From positions 32,001 to 96,000 of the forward strand of contig JBKJLC010000037.1 of the NCBI GenBank assembly GCA_046597055.1: a stretch of 64,000 nt of DNA, in the 5' to 3' direction. Positions 38,479 through 48,357 of this stretch are shown here, piece by piece. Position numbers and translations under genes: made by a program. The stretch comes from Kofleriaceae bacterium. GTDB taxonomy: Bacteria > Myxococcota_A > Polyangia > Haliangiales > Haliangiaceae. The notes below the pieces were generated by a model that ran no database searches, was not told the origin of the DNA, and worked only from the letters and a program-made list of their open reading frames with translations. The stretch's first letter is position 1. Each line of letters starts with the position of its first letter.

Positions 38479-39877
38479 CATGATCCGCACGCTGGGCGGC
38501 CGGCGAAACCGCGCGCTCATCCCGCCCGTGGTGTCACCGCGCATGGGCGCCGCGGTCGAACCGGCAACGGCCAGTCGGGCACTCGACGAGCTCGCGAGCC
38601 AGGGCAACCAGGGCAACCGACTCGCCGAGGAGACTGGCGTTCGCATCGTCGACGTCCACCTGGTCGTCGGCGCCAACACGGTCCCGCACCCGCTGGGCCG
38701 TGCCCCTTTCTCGGTGGTGGTCACCCCGCACGTCGCCTCTCCCCCCGTCACTGCCGGCTGGGACCCGGCACGGCCTGGCAACCCGAGCCCCACCGTTGAG
38801 ACGACGGTGATCTTGACGGCGAGAAACGTGCTCACCGAGCCGGTAAACCTGGGGTCGACGCTGGGCGTCGCCGGGTTGCTCACGGCGGCCGGTGGCGTGG
38901 CCGCCGGCGTGGGCCAGCACATCGCGACCGGTGACGCCGGGAGTATAAACACGGCGACCGGATTCTGATCTGAGGTCGGCGCGCTGCTGGTCCGGCGCCC
39001 ACATCGCGATGTCGACACCGTGCTGCTCACGACGGGCCTCGCACTCGGCATGGAGGGCGCCGACCTCGCGGACCTCTACTATTGCCGGTGGCCGGTGCAG
39101 GAGAACGCGTTCAAGGAGGGCGCCGCGGTGGGCCTGAGCGGAGCATCGCGGGAACTGCGGGCGGATCGTCGCCAACGTCGCGGTGGTCACCGAGCTGGAG
39201 CGGCTTGTGGCGCCTGCCGCGCGTGATGGCGAGGCCATGCGCGAGCTCCTCGCCGAGGAGCCAACCCTCGAGGCCAGGGCGACCGAGCGTGCCGCCGAGC
39301 AGCGACGGGCCAACGCCGCGCTCGCCACGCGACGCGAACGGCTCGACGCCCTCATCGCCCACGGCAAGACCGGCGGTAAGACCTTCATGCGGGTCGCGCT
39401 CGATCACCAGCAGGCGCTGGTTCGCCGAGACCGCCACGCAGCTCGCGACGAAGACGAGCCCGGCACTCGACACGAACCGTGCACGGCGGGCCGGACTCGA
39501 CGAGTATGGCGCCGACATCGCCGCACGCCGACACCGCCTGGCGTCGCAGCGCACCATCCGCCAGCTCGACACCACCCAGGACACGATCCTCACCGCCACC
39601 AAGCTCACCGCGCTCCAGCTCATCTCGTTCGTCCTCCGCGAGTACCTGCCGACGATGCCGTTGGCCGGCGACGTTCGTGCAGCGGGTGCTGTCCGTCCGC
39701 GGCCGCAAGGAGACGTCGCTGGACCAAGAGCTGGTCGTGTTCTATGAGAACCCCCGCGACCCAGCCGTCAACGACGCGCTTCGTGATGCGTGCGACCGAC
39801 TCAACCGGCGCAAGCTCGAGCGGGCGGATCGCCGGCTGCGCGTCGCCGTCGAGCCGCCGGCTGCCCGGTTCGAGTGA
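38479..39877 (+). mobile_element. degraded DDE transposase (IS4-superfamily-like) with several frameshifts
   Basis: LADLYYCRWPVQENAFKE (YxxRWxxExxFK), then a coiled-coil and C-terminal segments in three frames; 5' boundary uncertain. Confidence 0.65.
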
Positions 39878-39914
39878 TCTGATCTCTCGTTACCGGAGCT
39901 GGCCGAAGTCCCTG

Positions 39915-40802
39915 TCAGAAGGGCCAGGCGGTGGCGGGGGTCACGGCCACGAGGTCGAGGCCCGTGCCGTCCTGGTTCGCCTGGTACACCGCCACGGTCC
40001 GCGACGAGCCCGCCCGGATCGCGATCAGGAGCTCGCGACGCCCGTCTGCGTCGATGTCGGCGATGCCGAGTACATCGATCGACGTCTTGCCGCGGCCGTG
40101 CCAAGCGAACTGACGCTCGCATCCGTCGGCGCCACGCCGCTCGCCTCGAACCTCCTTCGCCGCTGTCGCGCCCTCGAGGAATGCGGCGAGCGCGAACGCC
40201 TCGTCGCGGCCGTCGCCGTCCACGTCAGCGATCAGCCTGCCCTTAACCAGGCATGACTCCGCCACCGCGATCTCGATCGCAGGCCGGCTGGGATCGGCGA
40301 CCACCGCGACCGCAAGGCTGCAGCCGCCGGCGGCTGCGCACAGCCAGTCGGCGACGTCCTCGCCGTCCTCGCCAGGGCGATCGAGTGTGCACGCACCGCG
40401 GCCGCTGTCGTTGAACTTGCCGACAAAGCCCATCGGCTCGGCCGCAGCCTCATCGATTGCCGTCACCAAACTCCCGCGCCGTGCCCCCTCGAAGCCGAGG
40501 ACGGTGAAGCGCTGCGGCGCCTCGATCAGCGGAGCACGGACTACCTCTACCACCGAACTCCACCAGTTCCGCTGCACCAAGAAGCGTGGAAACAGGTGCG
40601 CTCGGCTCAGGTGCATGTTGAGGCAGACCTCGCCGACCAAGTAGCGTGGCCCCTGCGGCGGTACCGGCATCGCAGCGGGCAGCGGGCCTGCCTCGACGGG
40701 CGTCGCATCGCGCGGCGGCGGTCTCGGCAGCGCCGTCCGAGGTGCGCAGCCGGTGGTCGCGATCGCGGCCACGCTCAGGGCCACCGTAGAGACGGAGAGC
40801 AT
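39915..40802 (-). CDS. hypothetical Cys-rich lipoprotein
   Basis: Lipobox TTGC; DVDGDGRDE and DIDADGRRE Ca-binding-like loops. Confidence 0.7.
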   Translation of the reverse strand: MLSVSTVALSVAAIATTGCAPRTALPRPPPRDATPVEAGPLPAAMPVPPQGPRYLVGEVCLNMHLSRAHLFPRFLVQRNWWSSVVEVVRAPLIEAPQRFTVLGFEGARRGSLVTAIDEAAAEPMGFVGKFNDSGRGACTLDRPGEDGEDVADWLCAAAGGCSLAVAVVADPSRPAIEIAVAESCLVKGRLIADVDGDGRDEAFALAAFLEGATAAKEVRGERRGADGCERQFAWHGRGKTSIDVLGIADIDADGRRELLIAIRAGSSRTVAVYQANQDGTGLDLVAVTPATAWPF

Positions 40803-40970
40803 GCGGCTGATACTACTTCAACCTCGCGATCGAAAAACGCATGAAGCCGGCCAAGCTCGAACCTTGCGATGAAGAACACAACGCGATCCACGGTGTGTCG
40901 AGCACGTCGAGCACATCAGGTGCGCTTGACCGGGCTCTCGGGCCCGTGCCACATGTAATTGGGAACCACC

Positions 40971-42110
40971 ATGGACTACGGCTACGTCCCGGACAGAGAC
41001 CCATACCTCAACCGCCTCCGCGTAGTAGTCGACCGTCGTCCCAACACGGCCATGGTGAGTGTGCGGAGCGTCCGCAGTCTCCAGGCCTTCATCCAGCACC
41101 TCGATCGGGCGTCCAGCGTCACGCGGCCGATCGATCACATGGTCGTTGGCGGCCACGCCAATCGCTGGGCCTGGCAGGTGAACCTGTACGGCGCGAGTCA
41201 GGGTACGACCTTCGAGACCATCGTGGACTCGATGGCAGTTCCTGCCAACTCGATCGTGGTGCCAGATGCGGTGATCGGATTCGTTCCGGACCAGCCCAAT
41301 CCATCGGAGCACTTCTTTCATATCAAGGGCTGCAATTTGGGCAAGGCCCCCGCATTCCTCGAAAAGTTGAGCGAGGGACTCGGCGGCCGTCTCAAGATCA
41401 CCGCGCCCAAGCACTTCCATGGCGCTAGCACCCATGGGCGACACCTCTTCGAGTGGATGGCATACGAGTTCGTCATCTTCCAGAAGTCGAGACTAACCAC
41501 CAGGGCCGCACTGGCGGCTGCCTACCACGCAGCGCCATTGGTACTGATCGACGGCCGGACGAAAGTGCCCGAGGCGATGTGGGACAGGTGGCTAAGTCGA
41601 TTCCGAAACATCAATAGAACGCAAAGCGTTCCTGTCTGGTCGAGGCTTGGCGTCTCGCTCGGCCGTCGCGGACGCGTCGAGACGGCGACAGTCCTAACAG
41701 CGACCAGCCCTACGCTAGTCCGTCGGAGCGTCCGATACCCTTCGGAGGCCGACATCCCGACCGATCTGAACGAACGGATGGCTGAGCTGAGGCGGCAACT
41801 GTTGCTCATCGCCATGTACGAGGACACTCACCCCTTCCCAATGTTCAAGAGGCTTGGCTACGCTTCCTTCGAAGACATGATAGATGGCTTGGATTGGAAG
41901 ATTTTCACCAGCCGTCAGGGCGTGTGGCACTTGCTACATTTCGCCGGCAGTCGTTATGAATACCAATTGATGGTGCCGATCATGGATCAGTCCGGTAGCC
42001 TCGAGCCGCACCTCGGCACCATGATCTTCAACCACTGGCCGGCGACCGGCTCCTCGGTGAGTCGAGGGATCGTCGAGTCCGACAGCGCCTTCTTCGCGAC
42101 GGTCCCGTGA
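40971..42110 (+). CDS. hypothetical protein, possible clan-CD/DUF4347-like His-Cys fold
   Basis: HMVVGGHAN and FHIKGCNLG; stop overlaps the next start (GTGA); more A/T at third positions. Confidence 0.7.
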   Translation: MDYGYVPDRDPYLNRLRVVVDRRPNTAMVSVRSVRSLQAFIQHLDRASSVTRPIDHMVVGGHANRWAWQVNLYGASQGTTFETIVDSMAVPANSIVVPDAVIGFVPDQPNPSEHFFHIKGCNLGKAPAFLEKLSEGLGGRLKITAPKHFHGASTHGRHLFEWMAYEFVIFQKSRLTTRAALAAAYHAAPLVLIDGRTKVPEAMWDRWLSRFRNINRTQSVPVWSRLGVSLGRRGRVETATVLTATSPTLVRRSVRYPSEADIPTDLNERMAELRRQLLLIAMYEDTHPFPMFKRLGYASFEDMIDGLDWKIFTSRQGVWHLLHFAGSRYEYQLMVPIMDQSGSLEPHLGTMIFNHWPATGSSVSRGIVESDSAFFATVP

Positions 42111-45100
42111 CGGTACCAGAAACCCTGCGCGGGCTCTCCGAGCGGGTGGGCTTTGGCCTGATGCCGCTCCACGAGGCGTTGCGCGATGCCGACTCCTTAC
42201 GTGACTTCCTCGAGGAATTCGGATGGGATTTCGTGGCAGCGCCTGCCTCGCTCCTCGCGCTGCAGCCGGCGATCCAGCTCGCGGTGGAGAACGCGACCGG
42301 CATCGTCCACGACGCCGACATCTCTCTTGCCGTGGTCTTGCCGTCGCTGGTCGCGGCGTTCAACGGAATCGCGGCGTTGCAGAGCGCGTCAGACCTGCCG
42401 GCCGACTTCCGCGCGGAGTTCCCGGCCCAACTCGTCGACTACCTGCTGGTTAGGCAATTGCTCGACAACGTTCCCGGCTGGGGCGCGCTGTTGCAGGCCA
42501 TCGGGGTCGTGCGCATCGAGGACGTCGCGGCCGCTAGCGCGCGGCCCGAATACCAGCGCTACGTCCTGGATCGCGCAAAGCTCATCGACTACCTGCAAGA
42601 GCCGCTCGCGACGCTGAAGTCCACGTATCGCTGGGGAGACAGCGACTTCGACGGACAGGGGATGCTGCGCAGCGCCGTCGAGCTGGCGCAGCGCTGGGGC
42701 GCCGAGGTCTACGAGCACAGCCCGTCGGCCGCGCTGGTGGCAGCGCTCAACGCTGGCGCGCTCGACCCGGCAGCCACCGAGCACTCCGCGCCGCGGGCGA
42801 TCCTCGCGCTCGAGCGCGTCGAGCCCGGCGCCTTCGACGTTGGTGTCGCGTTGTTCTTGCTACCCGAGACCGCCACCGCGGCGCCGGGCTTCGCCGTGTT
42901 GCCAAGCGGCTCCGGTGAGCTCGGCGAAACGATCATGCTGCGCGACGACACGCGGCTCGACATCGGCGGCGACCTGACGGCGGGCCTCGGTGCGGTGGTG
43001 CGGCCGGGGCAGCCGATCGAGGCGATTGCCGGGGGAGGGATCGAGATCGCTTACAGCGTCGCGCGGGCCACTGCGACATCGCTGATAGGCAATCCCGAGG
43101 GCACGCGGCTCCAGGTGCAAGGCGCGGTTGGGCGGCTTGAGGTGTCGGGCACTGGTGGTGACGTCGAGTTGGTCGCGTCGATCGATACGACAGGGCTGGC
43201 GCTTGTTATCGACGGCGGCGACTCCGACGGTTTCGTCAGCGCCGCCCTGCCCGCCGCGTCGACGACGATCGAGTTCCCGTTCGGCGCGTCGTGGTCAAGC
43301 AAGACCGGCTTCGCGGTGCATGGGGGAAACAACCTCGCGGTGATGGTCCCGGTCGACGTTGGGCTCGGTCCGGTGCGCGTCTCCGGCGTGTCGGCAGCGC
43401 TGCGCGGTGAGCACTCCTTGGCGCAGCCGCCCCGCGTCATCCTCGAGGTCGGCGCGGCCATCCGCGGCGCGATCGGACCGGTGCAGTTCGAGATCCGCGG
43501 CGCCGGCGTCGAGCTCGGGCTGACGCTCGCCGATGGCAACCTCGGCCCGCTCGACGTCGCGGTCGGGTTCCGAGCGCCCGACGGCGTTGGCCTCGCGGTC
43601 GCGGCCGCCGTGGTCAAGGGCTCGGGCAGCGTCGCGTGCGATCGCGCGCGCAGCGAGTACGCCGGCTCGCTTCAGCTCGACGTCGGCGGCATCGGCGTCG
43701 CGGCGGCGGCGCTGCTAACGGCATCGCGTCCGGGGCAGCCCGCCGCCTACTCGCTGGTCGCGGCGATCTCGGCGGAGTTCGCCCCGATCCCGATCGGCCT
43801 TGGCTTCACGCTCGACGGGGTGGGCGGGTTGATCGGACTCCACCGCCGCGTCGATACTGCGGCGCTGCGGGCCGCCCTGCGGGGGCCCGGCATCGACAAC
43901 ATCTTCTTCGCCGACGACCCGGCGGCCCAGGCCTCGCGGTTGCTGACCGATCTCGCCACCTACTTCCCGGCGGCGCAGGGCCGCCACGTGTTCGGGCCGG
44001 CGGCGAAGTTCGGCTGGGGCACGCCGACGATCATCGAGGGTACGGTGGCGCTACTGCTGGAGGTGCCGGCGCCGGTGCGGCTGATGCTGCTGGGCAACGT
44101 GTCGACGGCGCTACCGACCAAGGACGAGCCGATCATCGAGCTCAACGTCGATGTGCTGGGCGAGCTGGACTTCTCGCGCAAGACGCTGGCCATCGACGCC
44201 GCGCTGCGCGACTCGCAGGTAGCTGGGTTCCCGATCACTGGCGACATGGCGCTGCGGATGGGATGGGGCGATTCGCCGAGCTTTGCGCTGTCGGTGGGCG
44301 GTTTTCACTCGCAGTTTCGGCCACCGCCCGGGTTCCCGGAGCTCCGACGCGTGCGCATCCCCATCGGCTCGGGAGACAATCCGCGTCTCGACATTCAGGG
44401 CTTCCTGGCGCTGACATCGAATACCGTGCAAGTGGGCGCGGCCGTGGACTTGTACGTGGCAGCGGGCCCGCTGAACATCGTCGGTAGCCTGGGGTTCGAG
44501 GCGCTGGTCCAGTTCGTGCCATTCGGCTTCGAGGTCGACCTCTGGGCGGGCGTGGCGCTGCGGCGCGGCAGCCGCGTGCTGGCGGGCGTGCACCTCGATG
44601 GCAAGCTACGGGGGCCGTCGCCGTGGCACTTCTCGGGCGAGGCATGTCTGTCGCTCTGGTTCGTCGATCTGTGCGTCGGCTTCGATGCGACGTTCGGCCA
44701 GGAGCGCCCCGTCGAGTTGCCGCAGCGCGAGATCTGGCCGCAGCTTGAGGCAGCGCTGAAGGATGTACGCAACTGGACCTCGGCGATGCGGCCGGCGGCG
44801 GCGCGCGCGGTAATCACAGCGCCTCCGGTCGATGATGGTGTGCCTGTGACGCGGATCGATCCGGCCTCGGCGCTATCGGTGCAGCAGAAGGTCGCGCCGC
44901 TCAATCGCCTCATCGAGCGCTTCGCGCAGGTAGCGCCATTGGGACCCGTCAAGTTCCAGATCCAGAACGCGAAGCTGGGCGAAACGGTGCTCACCCCGGG
45001 CCTGGTCGAGGACTGGTTTGCACCGGCGCAGTTCGAGGACCTCACCGATGCAGAGCGCATGTCGCGGCCCGGCTACGAGAAGATGGTGGCGGGCGTGACC

Positions 45101-45505
45101 CTCGCCAGCGACGCGGTCGTCACGGTCGGCTCCGAGCTGATCAGGCCGCTCGAGTACGAGACCATCAAGTTCCCCGACCCCGAGCCGCTGCTGGTGAAGT
45201 ATCGCCCGTCGGTGATGCTGCAGCTGGCCGGCACCACCAGGGCCGCCAGCGCAAATGCGCCGCTGCGCCACGGCGCCGCGGGTGCGTTCGCTCCGCTCCG
45301 CGGCACGCCCCCGCTGGTCACGCTGGAGGGGGAGCGCTTCGTGATCGTCTCCACGCTCGATCTCACGCCGCGCCTCGACATCACGCCGGCCGCCGGCCGG
45401 GGTGACGTAGAGCTAGCGCTCAAGACGCATCTGGCGGCCAACCCCGGCGCCCGTGACGCGTTGCAGGTGGTGCCGCGGTTCGAGGTCGAGGAGCTGTTGC
45501 GATGA
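42107..45505 (+). CDS. DUF6603-domain large protein
   Basis: GLGFTLDGVGGLIGLHR, GPAAKFGWG, GDMALRMGWG, LSVGGFH, TSNTVQVG, GPSPW, FAPAQF; beta-rich. Confidence 0.8.
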   Translation: MTVPETLRGLSERVGFGLMPLHEALRDADSLRDFLEEFGWDFVAAPASLLALQPAIQLAVENATGIVHDADISLAVVLPSLVAAFNGIAALQSASDLPADFRAEFPAQLVDYLLVRQLLDNVPGWGALLQAIGVVRIEDVAAASARPEYQRYVLDRAKLIDYLQEPLATLKSTYRWGDSDFDGQGMLRSAVELAQRWGAEVYEHSPSAALVAALNAGALDPAATEHSAPRAILALERVEPGAFDVGVALFLLPETATAAPGFAVLPSGSGELGETIMLRDDTRLDIGGDLTAGLGAVVRPGQPIEAIAGGGIEIAYSVARATATSLIGNPEGTRLQVQGAVGRLEVSGTGGDVELVASIDTTGLALVIDGGDSDGFVSAALPAASTTIEFPFGASWSSKTGFAVHGGNNLAVMVPVDVGLGPVRVSGVSAALRGEHSLAQPPRVILEVGAAIRGAIGPVQFEIRGAGVELGLTLADGNLGPLDVAVGFRAPDGVGLAVAAAVVKGSGSVACDRARSEYAGSLQLDVGGIGVAAAALLTASRPGQPAAYSLVAAISAEFAPIPIGLGFTLDGVGGLIGLHRRVDTAALRAALRGPGIDNIFFADDPAAQASRLLTDLATYFPAAQGRHVFGPAAKFGWGTPTIIEGTVALLLEVPAPVRLMLLGNVSTALPTKDEPIIELNVDVLGELDFSRKTLAIDAALRDSQVAGFPITGDMALRMGWGDSPSFALSVGGFHSQFRPPPGFPELRRVRIPIGSGDNPRLDIQGFLALTSNTVQVGAAVDLYVAAGPLNIVGSLGFEALVQFVPFGFEVDLWAGVALRRGSRVLAGVHLDGKLRGPSPWHFSGEACLSLWFVDLCVGFDATFGQERPVELPQREIWPQLEAALKDVRNWTSAMRPAAARAVITAPPVDDGVPVTRIDPASALSVQQKVAPLNRLIERFAQVAPLGPVKFQIQNAKLGETVLTPGLVEDWFAPAQFEDLTDAERMSRPGYEKMVAGVTLASDAVVTVGSELIRPLEYETIKFPDPEPLLVKYRPSVMLQLAGTTRAASANAPLRHGAAGAFAPLRGTPPLVTLEGERFVIVSTLDLTPRLDITPAAGRGDVELALKTHLAANPGARDALQVVPRFEVEELLR

Positions 45506-48354
45506 GTCAGACCGGCGCTGCTTACCGGTTCCTCTCGTGGGCGCGGCGCGGTGCCGCGAGCCACATCGAGTTGCTTGACGGCAACACCGGCGCGGCGCGC
45601 GTCGAGGTGCCCATCGAGGTCCGTTTCAACGGGGGCAGCAACACCGCCTCGCTGAGGCTCGAGCTGCTCGGCCCGGGCGACGTGGTCTCGCTCGACCCGC
45701 GCGCCGTGACGCGCGTCTTTCCCCCGCCCGAGACGCGCGATGCCGAGCCCAACTACTTCCCGCTCATCGAGTTCGATCAGGTCGACCTGCCGTGGCGCTT
45801 CACGCCGCGCGCCGCCAACCCGACCAGCGGCCGCGTGCGTCCGTGGTTCTGCCTCATCGCCGTCGAGGAGGGCGAAGCGTTCCAGTACACGCCGTCCGGT
45901 GGTGGCCGCCCCACCGGCGTGGTCGAGATCCAGCCCAGCGTCCCGCTGCCGCTGCTCGATCAGTCGTGGGCCTGGGCCCACGTCCAGCTCAGCGGCGACG
46001 ACGCGCTGACCTCGCCTGAAGCCATCGCCGCCCAGCCCGAGCGCGCCGTCGCACGGCTGCTCTGTCCCCGCCGCCTCGACACCCGCAAGACCTACTGGGT
46101 GATGCTGGTCCCGACCTTCGAGGTCGGCCGCCTCGCCGGTCTGCGCCAGCCGCTCGGCACCGCCATCAACTCGCTCGCACCGGCGTGGCAAGAGCCTCGC
46201 GGAACGGTCGTGCGGCCGGTGTACTACCGCTGGCGCTTCGGGACGGGTCAGGGCGGTGACTTCGAGACGCTGGTTCGCCAGCTGCAGCCGCGTCCGCTGC
46301 CGGCGACGGTGGGCACCCGCCCCCTCGACGTCAGCCAGCCCGGCACGCTGCCACCCGCCTCGACCCGGTCTGTCCCCATCGGTGGGGCGCTGCGGGCGCC
46401 GCTCGGCGACCCGTGGGCGTGGCCGGGGGACGAGAGCCAGCGCGCCAGCTTCATCGATCTGCTCTCGGCACTGCTCGACCACCCCGACGTCCTGCGCCAG
46501 AGTGGCGGCGCGCCGGTGGTGGTGCCGCCCCTCTACGGCACCTGGCACGCGCGCAGCCGGCGCCTGCAGGCCGGCTCGCCGCCGCCGTGGTTCCGGGATC
46601 TCAACCAGGATCCACGCGCCCGCATCGGTGCGGCGCTCGGCACCGAGGTGATCCAGACGCTGCAGGATCTGTTGATGACGTCGGCGTGGGATCAGCTCGC
46701 CGGCATCCGCGACGCCAATGATCAGCTGCGCAAGGCCCAGTTCGCCCGCGCCATCGCCGAGCGCTTTCACGTGCGCTTCGTCCAGCCGGCCAACGCCGAC
46801 AACGTGCTGACCTTCACTGCGCCGGCGCTCGGCCACATCCGGCCGGCGATCAAGACGGTGCGGGCCCTGGTAGCGAACAGCCCAGCTCGCCTGGCACTGG
46901 TCAGCGGCACCTTCCGCCGGCTGGCGCGTCCACTCGGCCCGATGGGTCGCCGGCAAGGTCGGAAGAGCCTCGCGAGCGAGCCGCTGATCACGCGCGTCAA
47001 CAGTGGCCGGTACGACGGGGTGCTCGCCGCAGAGCCACCGACGTCGCAGGCATTGCCCACCTGGGACTGGGTGATGAAGGCCGACGCCTGGCCCTCTGTC
47101 TTCTCCGGGCCGCTCAGCCAGAGTCTCCTGAAGAACACGGTGCCGCCGCAGCCCCAGAAAACCGTGGGCGACGTCGAAGACGACGGGCCGCCGGTGGACG
47201 ACACCAGGAGCGAAACCGACGACAGCCCGTCAATGGCGCGCTTTCGCGCCGCCGCCATCGCCCTCGCGCTCGGCCGAACCAACCCGCTCGACCCGCCGAA
47301 GCCAGGCGAGACCCTCCACCAGCTCGACCTCCCAGCGGTCAAGGCCAGCGTGACCACCGGGGTCGATCCCAGGGTCACCATTCCAGCGGCGCTGCGCGAC
47401 CGCATGGTCGGCCGTCCGGATTTCGTGTGGAATCCGCCGGACCCGATCGAGCCAGTGATGGCCCACCCCGAGTTCCCGCAGCCGATGTACAAGCCGCTCG
47501 CCGAGCGCTCGCCCGAATGGATCTTGCCGGGCCTGGAGGCCGTGGAGGCCAACAGCGTTGGTCTCGCCGTCACCAACCCGGCGTTCATCGAGGCGTACAT
47601 GGTCGGCCTCAATCACGAGATGGCGCGCGAACTGTTGTGGAACGAGTACCCGACCGATCAGCGCGGCAGCTACTTCCGCCAGTTCTGGGATACCGCCGGC
47701 CTGGCACCGACGCCGGTCCCGGAGACGTTCAAGGACATCCGTCGCCTGCAGGAGTGGCCCGCCAGCTCCCTCCTCGGCACCCACAGCCCGCGCCCACCGA
47801 TCCCCGGTGGCGCACCGCATCTGGTGCTGCTGGTGCGCGGCGAGGTGCTGCGGCGGTATCCGGGCACGCTGGTGTACGCGCAGCGCGCGCGGGGGCCGAT
47901 CGCCGATCCCGAGCTCGCCGATCCCACCGCCGCCGGCGTGCTGCGTCGTCCGGTGTTCGGCGGCCGCCTGGATCCTGACATCGCCTTCTTCGGCTTCGAG
48001 CTGACCGATGCCGAGGCGCGGGGCGGCCCGAACGATCCGGGATGGTTCTTCGTGTTCGAGGAGCAGCCCGGGGAGCCGCGCTTCGGCCTCGATGCCTCGT
48101 TCACGGCGGCGAACCCGACGAGCTGGGATGACCTGGCGTGGCGGCACCTGGTGCCGGACGCGAACGATATCGCCACCATCAACTACATCGATCTCGCCGC
48201 TGACAAGCCGACCATCACCGGGGTCACCGCCCCCGGCGGCGCCGGCTGGCACGTCAGCGGCCCCGCCCCGGTCGCGAGGGGCGCCGATCACGCCTACATC
48301 ACCTTCCAGCGTCCGGTGCGAGTCGCGATGCACGGCTCCCTGCTGGTGCCGTGA
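45502..48354 (+). CDS. conserved hypothetical protein (950 aa)
   Basis: ATGA overlap; GPGDV, LPWRFTP, GDFETLV, FIEAYMVGLNHEMARELLWNEYPTDQRGSYFRQFWD, EPRFGLD. Confidence 0.85.
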   Translation: MSQTGAAYRFLSWARRGAASHIELLDGNTGAARVEVPIEVRFNGGSNTASLRLELLGPGDVVSLDPRAVTRVFPPPETRDAEPNYFPLIEFDQVDLPWRFTPRAANPTSGRVRPWFCLIAVEEGEAFQYTPSGGGRPTGVVEIQPSVPLPLLDQSWAWAHVQLSGDDALTSPEAIAAQPERAVARLLCPRRLDTRKTYWVMLVPTFEVGRLAGLRQPLGTAINSLAPAWQEPRGTVVRPVYYRWRFGTGQGGDFETLVRQLQPRPLPATVGTRPLDVSQPGTLPPASTRSVPIGGALRAPLGDPWAWPGDESQRASFIDLLSALLDHPDVLRQSGGAPVVVPPLYGTWHARSRRLQAGSPPPWFRDLNQDPRARIGAALGTEVIQTLQDLLMTSAWDQLAGIRDANDQLRKAQFARAIAERFHVRFVQPANADNVLTFTAPALGHIRPAIKTVRALVANSPARLALVSGTFRRLARPLGPMGRRQGRKSLASEPLITRVNSGRYDGVLAAEPPTSQALPTWDWVMKADAWPSVFSGPLSQSLLKNTVPPQPQKTVGDVEDDGPPVDDTRSETDDSPSMARFRAAAIALALGRTNPLDPPKPGETLHQLDLPAVKASVTTGVDPRVTIPAALRDRMVGRPDFVWNPPDPIEPVMAHPEFPQPMYKPLAERSPEWILPGLEAVEANSVGLAVTNPAFIEAYMVGLNHEMARELLWNEYPTDQRGSYFRQFWDTAGLAPTPVPETFKDIRRLQEWPASSLLGTHSPRPPIPGGAPHLVLLVRGEVLRRYPGTLVYAQRARGPIADPELADPTAAGVLRRPVFGGRLDPDIAFFGFELTDAEARGGPNDPGWFFVFEEQPGEPRFGLDASFTAANPTSWDDLAWRHLVPDANDIATINYIDLAADKPTITGVTAPGGAGWHVSGPAPVARGADHAYITFQRPVRVAMHGSLLVP

Positions 48355-48357
48355 GCC

